Assembly (NCBI RefSeq): GCF_001194135.2
Contig: NC_068986.1
Coordinates: 87,853,977-87,916,184, forward strand
Direction of reading: 5' to 3'
Length of the DNA: 62,208 nt
DNA from: Octopus bimaculoides
Lineage: Eukaryota
Under the pieces are notes generated by a model. The model ran no database searches and was not told where the DNA came from. It saw only the letters and a list, made by a program, of their open reading frames with translations. Positions within the stretch are counted from its first letter, which is position 1. Each line of letters opens with the position of its first letter. This document shows positions 13,060 through 26,017 of this stretch, in pieces. A program made the translations under genes and the position numbers.

Positions 13060-13271
13060 TTTTTTTTTTTTTTTACGGTGAAAAAGTTGATTTCATCAAC
13101 ACCAGTGGGTAACTGATATTTTATTTCATCGAATCCGAAAAGATGAAAAGCACTGTCGACTTGGTTGTATTTGAACTCAGAACAGTAAGAACGGACCAAA
13201 TGCTGAAGGTTCGTTCTGTCTGGCATGCTAAAGATTCTGTTATCTCACCGCCCCAATAACACTCCTACTAC

Positions 13272-13335
<64 letters not shown>

Positions 13336-13495
13336 ATTGATGCTTTCAAACTTTGGCACAAAGCCAGCAATTTCGGAGGCGGGGTTAAGTCGATTATATC
13401 GACACCTAGTGATCAACTGGTACTTACTTTATCGACCGATCTCGAAAGGATGAAAGATAAACTCGACCTCCGTGGAATTTGAACTCGGAACGTAA
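13060..13495 (-). mobile_element. Two SINE D copies separated by (GAT)n
   Basis: Two TTTGAACTC(A/G)GAAC B-box reverse complements (about 13170 and 13478), each with D body motifs; (GAT)n at 13273-13335. Confidence 0.7.
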
Positions 13496-13603
13496 TAATA
13501 AATGCCTAGATGCAGCTCAAGGCAGTGACTCTCATGATCTGAAGTGTTAAGCTACATGTTTTGACCTGGTGTAAATAATGGGGTGCAGTATATAGAGATG
13601 TGT

Positions 13604-13900
13604 GGAGATGCAATGGCCCAGTGGTTAGGGCAGCGGATTCGCGGTTTCGATTCCTAGACCGGACGTTGTGTGTGTTTATTAAGCGAAAACACCTAAAGCT
13701 CCACGAGGCTCTGGCAGGTTCTGGTGACAACCCCTATTGTACTCTTTCACCCAACTTTCTCTCACTCTCTCTTCCTGTTTCTTGAGTAAAGCTGCGATGA
13801 CTGGCGTCCCGTCCAGCTGGGGGGAACACATACGCCATAGAAACCGGGAAACCGGGCCCATGAGTCTCGCTAGGCTTTTAAAGGGCGCATAAATAAAAAA
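13604..13900 (+). mobile_element. Chimeric SINE: family C head and body joined to a different tail
   Basis: GGAGATGCAATGGCCCAGTGGTTAGGGCAGCGGA..GTTTCGATTCC and the body match family C up to CTTCCTGTTTCT. It then continues GAGTAAAGCTGCGATGACTGGCGTCCCGTCCAGCTGGGG...AAAAGGGCGCATAAATAAAAAA, whose start matches the end of the E fragment at 29231-29260. Confidence 0.8.
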
Positions 13901-14020
13901 AATAATATAGAGATGTGCTTGTCGGTTGCTTGATTTTCCCCAGTTGAGCATGTCTTCTGTAGCTGACGATATGTGCATCTCTGAACACGGACAGGAGTAG
14001 CGGAGAGCATGATAGCTATG

Positions 14021-14140
<120 letters not shown>

Positions 14141-14199
14141 GAATTTCTTTGGGTTCTGAATAATTCACCCCTGGAATATGGGTGCTTATTTCATCATCT

Positions 14200-14445
14200 T
14201 TAAACACGTTCTATTCAGGGATCTTTTGTGCTGGATGAGTACTCTTAGAAACATCTAACTGGACCACACCTGCAAGGTCATGCGCTGTTTATCTTGATAT
14301 GAGGTCACAATATCGTGCGCATATGGTTGTGATACACGTGTCTGGTGTGCCCTTATCAGACGGGTAGTCATGATGGGGATATTGAGTTTTGTGTAATGGT
14401 ACTCCAGCGTCACTTTCATGGGGTGTGCCGCTCTCTCGCATAGAA
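14200..14445 (+). mobile_element. Probable retroposon 3' end running into an (AAT)n tail
   Basis: A higher-GC segment ends in CTCTCTCGCATAGAATAATAATAAT. It resembles a recurrent octopus repeat as recalled, but there is no second copy in the window. Confidence 0.35.
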
Positions 14446-14875
14446 TAATAATAATAACAATAATAATAATAATGATAATAATAATAATAATGATAATAAT
14501 GATGATGATGATGATGATGAGGAGGAGGAGGAGGAGGAGGAGGAGGAAGAGAAGGGGAGGATAAGGATTTCTTTTATTTGCCATCAGCGCGAAGGCTGAA
14601 GGGGACAATACATAGACAAGCATAAAATGTGACGGTTTACATATGGAATGATAGGGAGAAAAAATGAAAATATACACGGTATACATTAAAAGGAAGGAAG
14701 TATACACAGCATACAGCAGTTAGAAAAATGAAAATGAATAATGACGACGACGACAATGATGTTGATGATGATGATGACGACGACGACGACGACGACGACA
14801 ATGATGTTGATGATGATGATGACGACGACGACGATGATGATGATTATGGTGATGATGGTGATGATAATGATGGTA

Positions 14876-14906
<31 letters not shown>

Positions 14907-14915
14907 CGAATTATA
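14443..14915. repeat. (AAT)n-(GAT)n-(GAG)n and (GAC/GAT)n microsatellites
   Basis: Direct reading. Confidence 0.9.
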
Positions 14916-15956
14916 ATGTGCACATAGTACAGTGAGAATCGAAATGGTTATGTTCATGCGCAATCTAAACATGTTCCGGCAGATTTAGAGTGAATTTGTC
15001 AAATATGTTAATCACTGTTGTATTTCGTCTCCGGAGAAGTTTGCCTTTCAGACGACATATGTTGAAAACGCATTCGATTCCTTTATGCATGGTGTCTTCG
15101 AGACACCGGTATTTCGACTTGCTTGTATCTCTTCAGTTAAAGCTAATCCCCGGGTCAGTATACTCTATAAGAACGAAAACTATGTCATACATAGTTATTC
15201 CTAATACGATTCATTCATATCTGCTGGAAGAGTTTAAACAAAAAAAAAAATGGAAGAAAAAGGACATAAGCGTTCCATAGATTTTAAACGATCTGGTTTT
15301 GAAGGTTTGAAATATCTGTATTTTATACATTTAGTAAGGAATAAATTCAATCTCGTTAATTAGTTTTGTGCCCTTAAGTTAATGCACACTTATTAATGAG
15401 TTATGCAAAACGTTTAGAATTTTTAATCATGTATAGAAAAGGTATCACAGAATTAATCATTAATTTTTTGTGAGAAAATAATTAATTCTTTCTCTTTATA
15501 TACATTGAAGTTTTTAATGTTTCTGTATTATATCACAGAACTCAAGTTGTCATAGCACAGGTTATATTTATTAATTTTTACGTCATCATTACCATGGAGA
15601 GGCATTTTATAACTAACATGGAAGTGTGACAAATCTGAAAAGTAGCTGAAAGCCACAGCGATAATATGACTAACTGTTACCAAAAATGTTGAAGCCTGTG
15701 TTCTATTGAAAATATTACAACCAATCTATCCTATCCTATCATTCCCTATCCTATCCATTAATTATGTGGTCGATGGGGATGGTCGTTGATGACGTTGCAT
15801 TAGATTTCGCCGTTTCAGTCACTCTTCTGCTGCTCTCTGTGAATCGACAAAATTCACCCAATTTATGACCATGAAAAATATCTATAGTAAAATATTATAG
15901 TACAAAAACATAACGTTATTGCTAAAGTATAGTAGTGTTTAGCAAGAAACATATTG

Positions 15957-16730
15957 TAGGCATGGCTGTGTAGTTAAGCAGCTTTGCAGCCAAATGTTTT
16001 CAGGTTTCATTCCTCGGTGTGGCATCTTGAATGAAGGACTTCAAGTATAACCTCGAACTGACTAATTTCTTATTAGTAGGCAGAGACTGTATGGAAACCT
16101 GATGTGCACACACGCACCCATATACACACACATACATATATATATACATATACGACAGGCTTCTTTCAGTTTCCGTCTACCAAATCCACTCACAAGGCTT
16201 TGGTCGGCCCGAGGTTATAGTTGAAGACACTTGCCCAAGGTGCCACGCAGTGGGACTGAACCCATGACGATGTGGTTGGTAAGCAAGCTACTTACCACAT
16301 AGCCACTCCTGCGCCTATATATNNNNNNNNNNNNNNNNNNNNNNNNNNNNNNNNNNNNNNNNNNNNNNNNNNNNNNNNNNNNNNNNNNNNNNNNNNNNNN
16401 NNNNNNNNNNNNNNNNNNNNNNNNNNNNNNNNNNNNNNNNNNNNNNNNNNNNNNNNNNNNNNNNNNNNNNNNNNNNNNNNNNNNNNNTATATATATATAT
16501 ATATATATGCATGTGTGTATATGTCTTTGTGCTTGTGTTAGTCCAAAACCCCACATTGCTTGATAACTGTGCTGGTTTTTTTACGTTCTAATAACCTCAC
16601 GGTTCAGCAAAAGAAACGAATAGAATAGGTACCAGACCTTAAAACTAATATTCTTCGATTAAACACTTCAAGACTGTACCTTGCATGGCCACAGTTCAAT
16701 GACTGAGACAAATAAAAGACGAAAATAAAA
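15957..16730. mobile_element. Cluster of SINE A fragments (+ head 15957-16080, - head 16100-16318, + tail 16510-16730)
   Basis: Motif matches to family A in both orientations around a gap. Confidence 0.75.
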
Positions 16731-17488
16731 AAATATAATTACCTTGTACTCCTGCAGTCATTGCCGAGTATCATTCCTCCATTGCGACCATTAAAAAAAA
16801 ATTAAGAGATGTTTCCCAGATTTTCAAATCGTATCACTGCCAAATCGTATCACTAAGCGTTGCCATTGTAGTTGACTATTAGTTCTAATTAGAATATGTC
16901 TATTATTGCAGATGGGAAACAAACCATCTCCGGTTCACATCACATAGCTTAAGAATGTGTTGCTGAATTGGTTGGAAAAAGTGCCACCAGAGTAAAATAA
17001 TAGGCTTAGAATTTCCCAACTGCCGAAGTATCGAACCTGTTCCGTAAGATACATATTTAGTGTCTACCCGCGTCAGTTAATATGTCTTTGCTTGTTTATC
17101 TCGAAACCACGATTTTTTTTCTTTACTAGCTTCTCCTCACTTCTTTGTGTACAAAAGAAGACACGAGGAAATAGAGAAAACAATTCTGTAAAAACATAAC
17201 TCCTATAATATTTAAATAAATCCAGGGTCAGTAAAGACATCATGTGTCAAAATAAGAAGAAGAGGAAGAAGAATAATAGTAAAATCAATTCTGATATTGT
17301 CCTTCAACTGTAGCTAAACCAACACAGCACAGTTTGTCCACGCGAATTTCGGTAAGCTATTAGAGCGGACAAATGTTTCCTGTGTTGACCTTATGAAGGT
17401 TTTCTCCAAGTAACATTCATGCGATCAAACAAATCCTACTGATTAGTTTGTTTAATGTCTGAGTGTATGGAATATTAATAGTCTCTCG

Positions 17489-17590
17489 AGGGCGGTGGGT
17501 AGTAGAAACGGTAGAGAGTTGAAATATATGTCACGTGGTACTTTGATGCATTCTTTTATGAACTGAGTTCAAACCTTTCATCAGTTTTAT
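17489..17590 (+). mobile_element. Degenerate SINE D head
   Basis: GGGCGGTGGGTAGTAGAAACGGTAGAG...CTGAGTTCAAACC. Confidence 0.55.
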
Positions 17591-18009
17591 AAAATGATTT
17601 CCAGCATTATATTGGTTCCAAACAATTGACTATACATCTGTTTTTTAATTTGAGTCGTGGTACCTTTCCAGAAATTAATAAAAGTAATCAATATAGAAAA
17701 CGTTGAAAAGCGATAGATAACATTAAATAAAGAATTACCAAGAGATTTTAATCCATGGTTACATCCATATTCTTTCATTTAGGTGGTTCATCTCCCTGAG
17801 AAAAGCATGATTCTTACACAAATATATTGATTCTGGCCTACAAATATGCAGCCAGTTTGTTGAAAGACTGCAACATGGCAGAATCGTGATAAATACATCT
17901 TAAGTAAAATCCGGTTGTGATCGACTTAGTCTCTAAAAAATTCAGGCCCCAAAATATACCAGAGATGTTCAGCTGGCGATTCGAGGTACCAAACAATGTT
18001 TATAATTTA

Positions 18010-18830
18010 TTTATTATGAATTAGTTGTTTTCGATGATGCGACTAAAACGTACCATATATTCTCAGGGAAATGGATGAAAGACTAAACTTTTCAATTCAT
18101 ATATTGTCTCGTGAAAAGTGAAACATTTTTATGGCTTTTTTTTTTTGGCATTTCAATTTACTTAATCTCTTCTACTAATTTCTTGTTAGTTCCAACCTTC
18201 CACAAACGGCAACCTGGAATATTGATTAGAGATAGTGAATACCAAGCTAGGACAGCCAGGAAACAGTAGTGATCGAAGATATATTTAAAGTATTGGAGCC
18301 GACTATGCCCCTAAAACATTAAGTACTGGAGTTAGATATAATCAGCTATAACTTTAGAATGTGAATCGTCAGGGTTGTTATAATCAGACTATACATTTAA
18401 ATCATTTGGTCTTCTAACAAAGTTAAAAAGCAATACTTATATTAAAATGGTTACAATAATATTTTCATGCTATCTGTCTTCCAAAATGATTATCTACTGA
18501 TGTAATAAACCTGATAATCACAGTCAAATAAACGTTGGTATTTTATCCACCGTTCAATGTTAGTCTAGCTAACCGACGTCAACGTAACATTACAGACTTT
18601 ACTTCTGCCAGGCCGTTACTATCGCCAGGCGACATCAACGAGGCAAGGACGGTGCAATGATGGTTGAAAAGCAAACTGGTTTTAGACTAAGAGATTTAAG
18701 TAGGATTACAGAAGCCGTTTACGAAATAAACAGTAGAATACAGATGAAGTTTATGGACAGAGTATTGACGGGTTCTTTGAAGAACATGATCAATCGATAA
18801 TCAATATTGATCCGCCCAATTTAATCAAGA
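18010..18830 (+). mobile_element. Highly decayed RTE-type reverse transcriptase remnant
   Basis: Fragments YELVVFDDATKTYH (FADD-like motif), SFGLLTKLKSNTY and FRLRDLSRITEAVYEINSRIQMKFMDRVLTGSLKNMIN occur in the order expected for RTE ORF2 C-terminal motifs. Confidence 0.35.
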
Positions 18831-19847
18831 GCACAGAGAAAATTAACATTGCGTCATAGCAAAACTCTGTTCAAAGGTTTTATGGTTGTTCACATGAATA
18901 AGAATCTGTAGTCATTTGAATGATGTTAGGGAATATTATGTGTGCTGGCGTGGTGGTAAAGGTGTAGGTACGAGGTTAGAGATGTTATGGAGTTTGTGAG
19001 AGAGTGGGTTCGAGTATGGTGGTGATGGATGGTGTTATTTTGGTTGCAGTAGTTGTTATGTAGGGATATTTAGTGGATGTAGTAGTAGTAGTAGCTGTTG
19101 TTATGGACGGAGAGTTAGTGGTGCCGTTGGTGTCACTAATATCAATTGTATATAGTAGTGATATCTCTATTGGTACTTGTGATGTTGATTAAGATCGACA
19201 TCGATTTGGAATGTCAATAATATTTGTAGTAGTAGTAGTAGTAGTAGTGATAATAGAGTTGGTGTTAGTAATCGTAAAAGTAATTGTTGAGGTCAACGTA
19301 ATAAATTTTCACTGGTCTTGTTGAGAGCTGAACCAATAGGGAAATTCTGTGATCAAATTTATCCTTGGCGTGGCCTTCTCATCACACTAAGACAGCGTAG
19401 TATAATTTGAGAAAATTTGGCTGCTCTTTCAAGCAGGTCGTACAGCAGCCTTTTAATACGTTAAATTTTGATTTAAGGGATGCTGGGCAGCTATTTCTAG
19501 CTTTGGGAAACAGTCCAAGATTGTGATCCAGCAATCATAAGATCATATATTTTGCAGCCGTAGCGATCCTAACTGCTACAATCACTATACTGAGGAATAT
19601 ATTATCCTAAATATATCTCTTTTACTAAGATAGCACCTCGAAGGCCTGGATGATACCACTAGATGTTCTGTAGACAATGGATATAGTCCTACATTGCTTG
19701 TTGTCATTGTTAAAGGTGCCATATTCTAAAATACTTCCAGGGTCATTCATCATAAATGTACACACACATGTATACAAACCGTTTTCCAACATTTTTCGTT
19801 CTTTTTTTCTTTCTTTCTATGCATACGTTCATACAAACATACATACA

Positions 19848-19878
<31 letters not shown>

Positions 19879-19919
19879 GCGCCTACCATTACTAAGGCAG
19901 ATTACTGGAAACCTGCGAT

Positions 19920-20440
19920 GAAACTGAATTGCGAATAATAGCAGCCCAGGAAGGCACCATGACAATCGATGTCATAAAAGCCATGATTGATAAAACTCAG
20001 ACAAAGAGCAAAAGCAGATTTGTGGAAAAGGAGATGGAAGTATTAAAAATCTTTTGAGAGAATCCAGAAAACTAACAGAAAACGAGCTGGCATTGCTGAC
20101 ATTGCTGTCTATAAAAGAGTGCATTCGTATTCTTGATGAATGTGTTGATCCGAAACAACAGAAGAGACAAGTAAAACGGTATGAAAGCTAACCAGAGGCT
20201 CTGATGGTGAACAATACTGAAAAGATTTTGTGGGATTTTCCTACAAAAACTGACCATCATATTGAAGCAAGTAGACCAGTTATGGTTTCATAGAACAGAA
20301 TAAATGAATAAACAGGATACGTTCAAAGACTTTGCAATAGCATATGATAGTAGGACCGACACCTGAAAAATGACGAGATTGTGAATGATAACGGTTACGA
20401 GTATTCCTATTGTGTTTGGTGCTCTTGACACAACAAACTG
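19920..20440 (+). mobile_element. R4/Dong-clade non-LTR retrotransposon remnant (CCHC to RLE region)
   Basis: ETELRIIAAQEGTMTIDVIKAMIDKTQTKSKSRF, RYES*PEALMVNNTEKILWDFPTKTDHHIEASRPVMV, KDFAIAYDSRTDT and SIPIVFGALDT occur in the canonical order; stops and frameshifts are present. Confidence 0.8.
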
Positions 20441-20459
20441 CTAAGAAGCCTAAAGGTAT

Positions 20460-20730
20460 TCGAAGTGAAACTTGCACTCTCGACAGGGACAACGTATAGG
20501 AGAACCTTCAATGCACAACCTAGGTAAAGAGGAAAGAGGTTCATGAGCACAGCAACAGACAAACGAGCCCGAGAAAAGGAGGGCAGTAACTCCAATGGAC
20601 CTAAGACTGTATACAAATATGCTCTATGTCACTCACGTATAAGTCTGTTTAGCCATCCGAAATGCTGTTCCCAGCTGAGCTGAAAACAGTAAGGATACTA
20701 CCCATTGCCAGCTCTGACCGGAGGAGGCCC

Positions 20731-20735
<5 letters not shown>
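20460..20735 (+). mobile_element. RTE-clade LINE 3' end with (TAA)n tail
   Basis: FMSTATDKRAREKEGSNSNGPKTVYKYALCHSRISLFSHPKCCSQ* matches the RTE C-terminal ...CHSRIGLYSH motif, followed by a short 3' UTR ending GGAGGCC(TAA)n. Confidence 0.7.
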
Positions 20736-20765
<30 letters not shown>

Positions 20766-20767
<2 letters not shown>

Positions 20768-21227
20768 CCTTTCTACTAAAGGCACAACTCCTGAGACTTT
20801 CTGGGAGGGTTTAGTCGATTATATGCCCCCCCCCCCNNNNNNNNNNNNNNNNCACAACGCAACTGGTACTTATTCTATTGACACCTAAAGAATAAAAGGC
20901 AAAGTTGACATCGGTGTAATTTGAACTCAGAAAGTAAAGACGGACGAAATCCCGCTAGCATTTTGTCCGGTGTGCTAACGATTCTGCCGGCTCACCGTCT
21001 TAATAAAAATAATTATTATTTCAAATTTTTGCCACAAGGGCAGATTGGGGGAGTTGAGGATGAGTCGATTACATCAATAAAATAAGTTCAACTGGTACTT
21101 ATTTTATCGACCCCAAAAGGATGAAAAGCAAAATCAGCCTCGGCGGAATTTGAACTCAGAACGTAAAGACTGACGAAATGTTGCTAACAATTTTGCCCGG
21201 TGTGCTAACGATTCTGCCAACTCGCCA
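20766..21227 (-). mobile_element. Two tandem SINE D copies
   Basis: Repeated ACTGGTACTTATT..ATCGAC..TTTGAACTCAGAA..GACGAAAT..GTGCTAACGATTCTGCC blocks. Confidence 0.85.
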
Positions 21228-21256
21228 TACACGCGTTCAATCACACTCTTCAAATA

Positions 21257-21354
21257 TTGCGTTGGTGCATAATTAACGACCATTTTATAATTCAACTATT
21301 AATTAATTATTAATAAAAACAAAAAAAAACGTCGTTAATTGCGCACCAACCAAA
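21257..21354. mobile_element. Mariner-type MITE (~98 bp)
   Basis: Inverted repeats TTGCGTTGGTGCATAATTAACGAC / GTCGTTAATTGCGCACCAACCAAA with TA flanks. The GTTGGTGCA core recalls the Hsmar1/MADE1 TIR. Confidence 0.75.
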
Positions 21355-21644
21355 TTATGTTGAAAAACTCCAGTACACAGTATTTACATATAAAATAACA
21401 TAATAAAATTCATATATAGGAATATAAATAAATAAATAAATATATATATATATATATATATATAAACATACATATACATACACAAACACATATATACATA
21501 TATATATATGCGTGTGTGCGTTTGTGTGCGTATACATACACACACACAAACACACACACACACACATATATATATATCAATATTAGTTATATAAAAGAAA
21601 TATATATAGGTATATATACATCTATACATATGTATATATATATA

Positions 21645-21933
21645 TACTCTTTACTCTTTACTCTTTTACTTGTTTCAGTCTTTTGACTGCGGCCATGCTG
21701 GAGCACCGCCTTTAGTCGAAGAAATCGACCCCAGGACTTATTCTTTGGAAGCCTAGTACTTATTCTATCGGTCTCTATAGCCGAACCACTAAGTTACGGG
21801 GACATAAACACACCAGCATCGGTTGTCAAGCGAGGTTGGGGGGGGGACAAACACAGACATACAAACACACACACACATACACATATATATACACATATAC
21901 GACGGGCTTCTTTCAGTTTCCGTCTACCAAATC
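21645..21933 (-). mobile_element. SINE A (5' end lost in gap)
   Basis: (CTCTTTTA)n tail and a near-consensus body. Confidence 0.9.
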
Positions 21934-23290
21934 NNNNNNNNNNNNNNNNNNNNNNNNNNNNNNNNNNNNNNNNNNNNNNNNNNNNNNNNNNNNNNNNNNN
22001 NNNNNNNNNNNNNNNNNNNNNNNNNNNNNNNNNNNNNNNNNNNNNNNNNNNNNNNNNNNNNNNNNNNNNNNNNNNNNNNNNNNNNNNNNNNNNNNNNNNN
22101 NNNNNNNNNNNNNNNNNNNNNNNNNNNNNNNNNNNNNNNNNNNNNNNNNNNNNNNNNNNNNNNNNNNNNNNNNNNNNNNNNNNNNNNNNNNNNNNNNNNN
22201 NNNNNNNNNNNNNNNNNNNNNNNNNNNNNNNNNNNNNNNNNNNNNNNNNNNNNNNNNNNNNNNNNNNNNNNNNNNNNNNNNNNNNNNNNNNNNNNNNNNN
22301 NNNNNACACATATATATATATCAATATTAGTTATATAAAAGAAATATATATAGGTAGGTAGATAGATATTTATATTGCATTTATATATAATCATGCTTTA
22401 TATAGAGAATGTAGAGCATATTTTTGTAGCATAGCGCTCATTTACACATTTTTATTCAAATCACACCTCATACGCGCGCACATACACACACACACATATG
22501 AGTATATGTATATGAGTGTATGTATGTATGTATGTATGTATGTATATAAACAACCAGAGAGCAAATTCCCTTGCTTGTATTTGTTAAAATATTATTACAA
22601 ATCCCTATACAAATTTGGTCCCGTTCAATATGACAGCTTTGATTGCATCTAGCTTTCCTGCCGGAACTCGTATGTAGGGGTGAAACATTTTTTAATCCGT
22701 ACTGAGAAATTTATAACTCTTTGCATACCACTCCACAACCATTCTTGAAGGATTATCCCTAAATCTTGTCCGCTAGTCTTCATTTCCGTCATGTATCCGG
22801 TTAGGTCCTAAGTTAGCCATCGGGTTGAAAATGATCGCAGTGTCAATACGCTGTTAACTCCCTTTGCATTTATATTTTATTTATTCAGTTTTATATTCAC
22901 CTCCATGTTGGCCCAGCTGCGGCATGACTTCCGGTACGACGATCTCTTATGCTCAGGTTGTGTGTTAGTCACGAAAATGTGTGAAACTACACTTTACGAA
23001 ATATAAGCTTTTCTTTATCCATCACGCGATCAAATGATTGGATGGAGGCGATCATAATTATTGTTTATCTATACCCAAGTGTCATATTAATCAATAGAAC
23101 TTAAACGATGATTTCCCATCATCTGTGTAAATAGGATTTAAAGCTTGATAGTGTGTGCGTGTATGTGTGTGCGTGCGTGTGTGCGTTTGCATGTGTAAAT
23201 AGACTTGTATGCAACTGCGTGAGTATATTTCAATTCCAGATTTTCACATATGTTTATTAATGTAGTTCTATTAACACGCACATATGTATA

Positions 23291-23331
<41 letters not shown>

Positions 23332-23744
23332 NNNNNNNNNNNNNNNNNNNNNNNNNNNNNNNNNNNNNNNNNNNNNNNNNNNNNNNNNNNNNNNNNNNNN
23401 NNNNNNNNNNNNNNNNNNNNNNNNNNNNNNNNNNNNNNNNNNNNNNNNNNNNNNNNNNNNNNNNNNNNNNNNNNNNNNNNNNNNNNNNNNNNNNNNNNNN
23501 NNNNNNNNNNNNNNNNNNNNNNNNNNNNNNNNNNNNNNNNNNNNNNNNNNNNNNNNNNNNNNNNNNNNNNNNNNNNNNNNNGTACGTATATATGCATATA
23601 CTCATTTACTATTTGTTTATATATATATATATATCAGTGTGTGTCTGTATGTATCTGTATATATGTATATACAAATATATATGTGTGTGTGTGCATATAT
23701 ACGTTTATGTATGTATATATACGTACTCGCATGTCTATGTATTA

Positions 23745-23777
23745 GGTAGATAGATAGATAGATAGATAGATAGATAC

Positions 23778-23848
<71 letters not shown>
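23745..23848. repeat. (GATA)n
   Basis: Direct reading. Confidence 0.95.
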
Positions 23849-23849
<1 letters not shown>

Positions 23850-23993
23850 GCGCACTGCTTCACGACCACATGGCTCCGAATTCAGTCCCACTTGCGTGGC
23901 ACCTAGGACGACTGTCTTCTACGAGCCTCGTGCCGACCAAAGCATTGTGTGCGGATATTGTTGAGGGAAACTGAAAGAAACCTTTCGTGCGTT

Positions 23994-24082
<89 letters not shown>

Positions 24083-24310
24083 CTGTCTGTCTGTCTGTAT
24101 GTATGTCTGCCTGTGTGTGTGTGTATATGTATGAATATTTCTTTGTTTTGTGTTTGTCCCCCACCACCACTTGACAACCGCTTTTGGTGTGTTTACGTCT
24201 GCGCAACGTTGTCGTTTGCTAAAAGATATCTATAGAATAAGTGCCTGGCTTAAAATATTCTCTAGGGCGGTACCCCAACATGGCCGAAGTCTAACAACTA
24301 AAACGGGTAA
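23850..24310 (+). mobile_element. Diverged SINE A
   Basis: CCACATGGCTCCGAATTCAGTCCCAC head ... GGCGGTACCCCAACATGGCCGAAGTC tail. Confidence 0.8.
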
Positions 24311-25216
24311 AATATAAAAATCATATATATACATATATATATACGTATGTATGTATTTGTTTATGTATACACTTATATATATATGCGTGTAATATATATA
24401 TATATGTATGTATAGTACATTTGTATATGTATACACACACAGTCACACGAATACACACATACGAACACGCACATGCACATACACATACTCACACACATAC
24501 ACACGCACACATATATATGTATATATATGGATGTATGTTTGTATGCACATATGTATAATGTATATATATATATAAGAAATATAATATACAGTGTGGAATG
24601 TATGTTCAAGAATCTCCAAATGATTCATCATGTTACTACTTAGAATTGAGTGGCTACAAAGACAGGGAACGGTAAATACTGATGTTGTGTGAAAATGTCC
24701 AAAAGAGTTTTCGAAATTCTCCTTGATGTAATATGTGTTCCAAAGGAATATCATATCATTGTCTACAATCTATCTCCGTCAACTGCGACATTACCGCTTC
24801 CAAGATCTTCTCCCCAGTATTCTATCACTTAGAGGAATAAATACACTTTTGTCTAGACAAAACGCTAATGACTATGAAATTGCATTCTTCATCTCCAATT
24901 GAAACCCTCCTCCCCTGCCATATAAAGTTAATCACGGTCAAAAATGTTTTAGATTCTTTTACCTCCTAATCGAAAAATCTCTGTTTGGACTTAAACGCTG
25001 ATGAATTTTACTATATGCAAAACTACATATTCTTTAGCATAAGATTCGGGTCTTTTTGTGCTGTTCGGTGCATTGAGTGGCAAGCTTCCTCTACCGGGGT
25101 TGGTTTGATGCTGGACTTGCACATCCATTCTATATAATGTTAGCTGTCTCAGCCTGTTCCTTTCATGCCTCCCGACAGTTGGTACACAAGTCATGGTTGT
25201 AAGACTCCCTATAGAC

Positions 25217-25499
25217 CAGTGATTCCCAACTTGGCGGATACGCCCTACCGGTGTGGCCTAGGTGGTGGGGAATGGTGCCGTACTTGCCAGTCACAAGGTT
25301 GTCATTATAGTGATTCACTTTTTTCTTATAGTCAATTATGCACTTCCCTTTGTAAATAGTATTTAATAAATGAGTTATAGCTAGATTCTTTTATATTAAA
25401 TATTTGTGATGAAATATTAAGAGTAAATTTGCTTGTGAGCATAAATTTTCCTGAAAACTTATAGTGGGTCCTGGGGGTAAAATAAGCTGTGAAACACTG
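25217..25499. mobile_element. hAT (Charlie-like) MITE
   Basis: Ends CAGTGATTCCCAAC ... GTGAAACACTG; 8-bp flanks CTATAGAC / CTATCCAC (6/8 identical). Confidence 0.6.
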
Positions 25500-25793
25500 C
25501 TATCCACCCTGCACATTGTATGCGCCTCATTCAATTTTGTCGAGCATCGCTTTGTGGGTATTTCAATTAAATTCATTTAAAATCTCATATGTTCCGTATA
25601 ATTCTCTATTAAAGAGTATTTCAGGGAAAATAGGATCAAATATCATCCTATGTTAGTCCTTATCTATTTATAATTTTGATCCAATAATATCCAGTGGCAG
25701 CAATTTAGGCGAGTCATTAGAACATCAAATCACCAATTAATATATAGCTAATTATATTCACCCACTTCTGTAGAACATTGTTTAATTAATGTA

Positions 25794-25998
25794 CAATAAT
25801 CCCTCGACTATCGCGAGGGGGTTACGTTCCAAAACCTCCTCACGAAGTAGAAACAGTACTGTATAATTTTTTTAAATTATTTTTATAATTTTTATATATT
25901 TATTCTATTCTAAATGCAAATCAACACCACAGAGGAATCAACTTTAGCTTAAATGATAAACCGCGATAGGTGAACAAGGATATGGTGAGGAATTACTG
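25794..25998. mobile_element. Tigger/pogo-like MITE
   Basis: TA|CAATAATCCCTCGACTATCGCG ... ATATGGTGAGGAATTACTG|TA; TA target duplication. Confidence 0.75.
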
Positions 25999-26017
25999 TA
26001 TAATATTTGATCACATC

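Noticed and set aside
14990-15280. 96-aa ORF in unique DNA
   Set aside because: No recognisable domain and no convincing splice signals; the length is within chance expectation.
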